From NCBI GenBank assembly GCA_026003215.1, contig BPGV01000001.1, positions 25,570 through 89,569 of the forward strand: a stretch of DNA of 64,000 nucleotides. Reading direction: 5' to 3'. Within the stretch, counting starts at the first letter, position 1, and every line of letters begins with the position of its first letter. Shown here piece after piece: positions 57,179 to 64,000 of the stretch. Below the pieces are notes generated by a model that made no database searches, was not told where the DNA came from, and saw only the letters and a program-made list of their open reading frames with translations. Made by a program: the position numbers and the translations under genes. This DNA is from Bacteroidia bacterium. Its GTDB lineage: Bacteria > Bacteroidota > Bacteroidia > SpSt-205.

Positions 57179-58448
57179 CGAGGAGGGTATTTTGTAGGGC
57201 TTCTTGGAGGGTAGGGTCTTGGAGGCGCTCGCGCAGATGGGTGAGGACGCTATCGGTGAGGGTAGCCAAAGCTTTTTGCCCGGCTTCGCTGCGTAGGTAG
57301 GCTTCCAAATGCATTAAAAAGCGCTCCGTGGTTTGGCGGGCGGCCTTTCGGGCTATGGTGAGAAGCCTCTCGCGGGGTAGGCCCGGCAGGGTAGGAAGCT
57401 CCCGCTCCAAGGCCTGCATAAGGCTCTCTTCTATCATCTGAGCAAGGGCCGGGTTCCGACGCAAAAGCCCTATCATTGGGCCGGCCTCCCCAGCAATAAG
57501 GTGGCGCGCAAGTGGCCGCACTTCCTCCAAGATTCCCGCACTTTGGGCTAAGGTCTCTTGGGCTTTTATCTGACGTTTGACTTGCTCTAAGATTTGGTAG
57601 GCTACTTCGTCGGAAATGGCCTTAGCGATGAGGCGCGACTGCTGCGTAAGAAAGCGCGCTATGATTGTATTAGAAAAGTTTATGAACTTGCTGCGGTTGA
57701 GACGCAAGTAGAGGTTCCATATCCGCAAAAGGCGGAACCATCGTAGGCTTTTCAAAGGGATAAGAGCCAGCACATCGTACCAGTGGGCCAGCGGGTACAT
57801 CCACCAGTAGGCATAGCGGCGCGTGCGAAGGCTTACCCACCACGCTATCCAAAACTCTATCCAAAAAAATACCAAAAAGGGGAGGTCTAACTTCCAAAAG
57901 TGATCCACATAGTCGCCCGAAAGGTCATAGTGGCGATAGTAGTTTACTTGTAGTAAGTAGCGGAGTTCCTTTCGGTAAAAGTCTAAATGTAGGGCAGCGT
58001 TGGTAGGGGTGAGGGTCCAAAATCGGTGGAAAGCCGCTGTGGCGCGCAAGCGCTCGCCATAGTGTTCTTGGATAAAGGTTTTGATTTTGTTTTTGAGGAG
58101 TTCTTGGTAGGCCATCAGGCCGAAGCGCTCGTAGGGGCGTTCGGTGAGGATTTTTACGGACAGCTGGAAGAGGGTATCGCCAAAGGCTTGGAGTTTTTCA
58201 GGGGGGAGGGGTGCGGCGGGGTTCCAGAGCTTGACCAGGCTGTCGGCTATCTGGCGATAGGTGTCGGTCGTCCAGTGCGGTTCTATGCCTTTGTAGGGGT
58301 CGTACCAGCGTACTACCGCTGGGGCATATTTGAGATACTTCGGCCGGAGGGAGATATACGTCAGGTCAAAGAGAATGAGCAAGAGGTTGACCGCAGCTAA
58401 GAGCAGCATGAAAAGGTCCCAAATCGTTTCCAGCTTTTGGCGGGACAT
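57108..58448 (-). CDS. Hypothetical membrane protein of 446 aa.
   Basis: N-terminal TM segment, and Trp-rich TM helices mid-protein (FLVFFWIEFWIAWWVSL). It has a 70-nt convergent overlap with the GH57 gene, so the C-terminus may be mis-framed. Confidence 0.5.
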   Translation of the reverse strand: MSRQKLETIWDLFMLLLAAVNLLLILFDLTYISLRPKYLKYAPAVVRWYDPYKGIEPHWTTDTYRQIADSLVKLWNPAAPLPPEKLQAFGDTLFQLSVKILTERPYERFGLMAYQELLKNKIKTFIQEHYGERLRATAAFHRFWTLTPTNAALHLDFYRKELRYLLQVNYYRHYDLSGDYVDHFWKLDLPFLVFFWIEFWIAWWVSLRTRRYAYWWMYPLAHWYDVLALIPLKSLRWFRLLRIWNLYLRLNRSKFINFSNTIIARFLTQQSRLIAKAISDEVAYQILEQVKRQIKAQETLAQSAGILEEVRPLARHLIAGEAGPMIGLLRRNPALAQMIEESLMQALERELPTLPGLPRERLLTIARKAARQTTERFLMHLEAYLRSEAGQKALATLTDSVLTHLRERLQDPTLQEALQNTLLAILSHLQRTFRPSLPASGPPTAP

Positions 58449-58484
58449 GCCGCTAAGGTACCGGCTGAATGCTTTTCTTTGGGT

Positions 58485-61497
<3,013 letters not shown>

Positions 61498-61521
61498 ACG
61501 CGCTCGCTTCTCTTATAGTAC

Positions 61522-61560
61522 GGCAGCTTCTTATGAAGAGAAGCTGCCTTTTCTTTTTGG
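61522..61560 (+). terminator. Strong intrinsic terminator of the atp operon: 10-bp stem ggcagcttct/agaagctgcc, 7-nt loop tatgaag, tail TTTTcTTTTTgg.
   Basis: Perfect inverted repeat plus U-tract, 25 nt after the atpC stop. The loop contains the ATG (61533) of the next ORF. Confidence 0.75.
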
Positions 61561-62705
61561 GTGTGGGGGCGGGGCTTTGGGCCCAAAATGAGTCGGATGA
61601 ACGTTCGCTCTTGCGTATTTATAATGGCTTGTCCTTTCAGCAGGACTCCGTTTTTCTCCTCAATCTGCGTTTCCGCTTGCAAAATCGGTTTGGCTACTAC
61701 ACCCAGATGGATGACACGGCTGCGCCGGGGTTTGAAGCGCGCGTACGCCGTCTGCGCTTGCGCTTGGATGGGTTTGCGCTCTCGCCGCGCCTCTCGTATT
61801 ATATCCAGCTCTCTTTTGCCGCAGGAGACCAAGATTTTGTGCCAGGATTCCCGCCGCATATCGTACGAGATGCGATGGTGTATTATACTTTTTCGCCTAC
61901 TTTTTATGTAGGCTTTGGGCAAAGCAAGCTCCCGGGTAACCGCCAGCGCGTCATTTCCTCCGGCAACCTCCAACTGCCCGAACGCTCCTACGCTAATCAG
62001 TTTTACAACATAGACCGAGATGTGGGTTTCTTTTTGTACAAAACCTTTCACTTGGGGAAGGTCCTTCTGCACGGCAAAGCAGCCCTTACGGCCGGCGAAG
62101 GTCGCCTCTTCGGGGTGTACAACCCCGCCCTGGCCTATACCGCTCGCATAGAATGCTTACCTTTTGGCCCCTTCCAAAATAGTGGCGATTACAGCGAAGG
62201 CGACCTGGAGCAGGAACCTACACCCAAGCTCTCGGTAGGCGTCACCTATCACTACAATCCGAACACCTTACGGGTAGGGGGGCAGATTGGCGCGGTGCTT
62301 CGCCAGCCTATCACCCTCACCACCGCCATAGCTGACCTTATGGGCAAATATCGGGGATGGGGCCTCCTGGCGGAGTACTTCCGGCGAGAAGTGCAAGCGC
62401 TCTCCCCTACCGACACCCTGAGCCGTACCTTCCCCGCAGGACACGCCTGGAACATCCAGCTCAGCAAACTACTGGCCCGGCGCCACGAGATAGCCTTACG
62501 CTATACCCAGATAGAACCTCCTACATCGCTACGCTCCTACCAAAGCTTCTGGCGGACCTACGGTATTGGCTACTCTTACTACCTCAACGGCCACCGCATC
62601 AAAGCCCAACTCTACGCCAGCATAGACGAACGCACCCCTATCCTCCGAAGAGCCGGCTTCCGCTATCGCCTCTCCTTGCTGGGGCAGGTAGAGTTTGGGA
62701 TATAG
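61533..62705 (+). CDS. Outer-membrane porin (phosphate-selective porin O/P-like beta-barrel).
   Basis: The signal peptide MKRSCLFFLGVGAGLWAQ is the only in-frame start that gives a full signal peptide. The alternating beta-strand pattern and the C-terminal ...GQVEFGI (aromatic residue near the end) fit a porin. Confidence 0.65.
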   Translation: MKRSCLFFLGVGAGLWAQNESDERSLLRIYNGLSFQQDSVFLLNLRFRLQNRFGYYTQMDDTAAPGFEARVRRLRLRLDGFALSPRLSYYIQLSFAAGDQDFVPGFPPHIVRDAMVYYTFSPTFYVGFGQSKLPGNRQRVISSGNLQLPERSYANQFYNIDRDVGFFLYKTFHLGKVLLHGKAALTAGEGRLFGVYNPALAYTARIECLPFGPFQNSGDYSEGDLEQEPTPKLSVGVTYHYNPNTLRVGGQIGAVLRQPITLTTAIADLMGKYRGWGLLAEYFRREVQALSPTDTLSRTFPAGHAWNIQLSKLLARRHEIALRYTQIEPPTSLRSYQSFWRTYGIGYSYYLNGHRIKAQLYASIDERTPILRRAGFRYRLSLLGQVEFGI

Positions 62706-62774
62706 TTTTTGCTGGCGTAAAAACTTTTTTGCTAACTTTGTCTCGTGCTAAGAGGGGTTTATGGGCTGCTGGTC

Positions 62775-64000
62775 ATGGGTATATTGTGGGCCCAGGCAGG
62801 AGACACCGCGGTGGCTACACTCACGCTGAGTTCTGTGACGATTGTGGCAGAGCAAGTCCCTTTTCTTAAGGCCCGTCCCGTAGAGATTGCTGAGGCAGGG
62901 CAGTTGTCCTTAGGGGATAACTTGTCTACGGTGCCGGGGGTGGAGTGGATGCACACGGGTATTTTTACGGGGCGGCCTGTGGTGCGGGGGCATAGCTATA
63001 CGCGGGTGCTTTGGCTCTTAGGGGGCCTTCCGCGGGAAGGGGCCTATTGGGGCGAAGACCACGGCTACGAGACGCCGCCTACGCTACTCACTTTTCAGCC
63101 AGAGGTGTGGTTGGGTCCCCAAAGTGTGCGCTATGGAAGCGATGCCCTGGGAGGCGTAGTACGCTTACAACCCCTGGTGCCTACACGGCCTTTTCTTAGG
63201 GGATACGTCACCGCTATGAGTAATCCCTTAGGGGGCATAGCCCAGGTGGCCGGTGCCGTAGGGGAGGGACAGCGCTTCCTGATGGGGGAGGTAGCCCTAC
63301 GACAAGCCGGAAACTACTTCACGCCTCGCCAAGGCTTTGTGTGGAATACGGGCCTCCGAGCCGCTTACGGCTATCTCACCGCGCGGCTCCCCTTAGGTAA
63401 GAAAGGCTTCTTAGAGACCCTCCTCTTTCATACGCATGAGCTACTCGGGCTCCCTTCAACCTTGTGGGATCCTGAGCAGAAAGCCTGGTTTTCTGAAGCT
63501 CAATCGCGCTTTATTCCTTTGGATCAGGCCCGCTTCTTTCAAAGAGACCTGCCTTTCCAACGAATTTCTTCTTCGGGCGGGCAGCTTCGCCTCTTATGGA
63601 ATCATCCTTCGGGGCATCTTACGACAGTTCTTTTAGGAGGCCAGCGCAGCCTGCGCAGAGAGTATACGAAGGATTGGGTTTCGCCAGATGTGCTTATACA
63701 AGTGGAGCGGATAGATGCAGATATATCCCATGTATGGCGCGATTGTGAGGGAGGCTTTACAGGAAACTGGCGGTTACTTACGGATGTTGGCCAAGAGCCT
63801 TTTTTACCTCGGGTGCATCATGCGGAAGGGGGAGTTTGGCTTAGGCGTGCATGGACCTGGGGAAAAGGTCGGCTTTGGGCCGGGGGACGCTTGCACGGGG
63901 CATTTAGTGCGAGGGCAGAAGGCGCACAGCCTCGGCTTTTTCTCACTTGGGCGGCCGAAGCCGCCTACCAGCAGGGGGCATGGATAGGTCGTCTCACCCG
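62775..64000 (+). CDS. TonB-dependent receptor (plug domain plus start of the barrel), 3' end truncated by the window edge.
   Basis: The frame is open from ATG 62775 to the end of the window, which is why it is absent from the ORF track. The signal MGILWAQA is followed by plug motifs (TLSSVTIVAEQ, DNLSTVPGVEW, TGRPVVRGHSYTRVLWLLGGLP, VRYGSDALGGVVRL). Confidence 0.75.
   Translation, partial: MGILWAQAGDTAVATLTLSSVTIVAEQVPFLKARPVEIAEAGQLSLGDNLSTVPGVEWMHTGIFTGRPVVRGHSYTRVLWLLGGLPREGAYWGEDHGYETPPTLLTFQPEVWLGPQSVRYGSDALGGVVRLQPLVPTRPFLRGYVTAMSNPLGGIAQVAGAVGEGQRFLMGEVALRQAGNYFTPRQGFVWNTGLRAAYGYLTARLPLGKKGFLETLLFHTHELLGLPSTLWDPEQKAWFSEAQSRFIPLDQARFFQRDLPFQRISSSGGQLRLLWNHPSGHLTTVLLGGQRSLRREYTKDWVSPDVLIQVERIDADISHVWRDCEGGFTGNWRLLTDVGQEPFLPRVHHAEGGVWLRRAWTWGKGRLWAGGRLHGAFSARAEGAQPRLFLTWAAEAAYQQGAWIGRLT

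Overview
This is a 64-kb chromosomal window from a moderately GC-rich (about 57% by eye) Bacteroidota- or Rhodothermota-like organism. The supports for that assignment are T9SS type-A and type-B C-terminal sorting domains, a type III glutamine synthetase, CarbopepD-type TonB receptors, recurrent 'LWAQ' signal peptides and a mostly Shine-Dalgarno-less gene layout.

Most of the window is housekeeping. It contains the hldE kinase domain, queF, rluB, tatC, tgt, purL, lepB, phoD, thiE, pabA, purN, aspC-like, atpD/atpC, an alpha-glucan cluster (GDE, GT4, GH57), an SNF transporter and several TonB-dependent receptors and porins. No tRNA, rRNA, CRISPR array, transposase or integrase was recognised.

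The one clearly accessory segment is a visibly AT-richer three-gene cassette at about 11.3-12.67 kb, wedged between glnN and a decayed Omp85-family gene. Its last gene encodes a small HEPN-like protein with an R-x4-H motif, preceded by two translationally coupled proteins I could not assign to a family. This is the best candidate for an undescribed toxin/abortive-infection-type module.

There is one technical caveat. Several otherwise good genes (purN, rluB, the Omp85 pseudogene, a lipoprotein at 4.66-5.37 kb) appear broken exactly at G/C or T homopolymers of five or more bases. This points to homopolymer-length sequencing errors, so frameshift-based pseudogene calls should be treated cautiously.

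Other items worth a second look are two tandem perfect GC hairpins after tgt, an atp-operon terminator whose loop contains the start codon of the downstream porin, an EGF-like lipoprotein next to a giant PKD-repeat T9SS cargo, and an orphan beta-class DNA methyltransferase.
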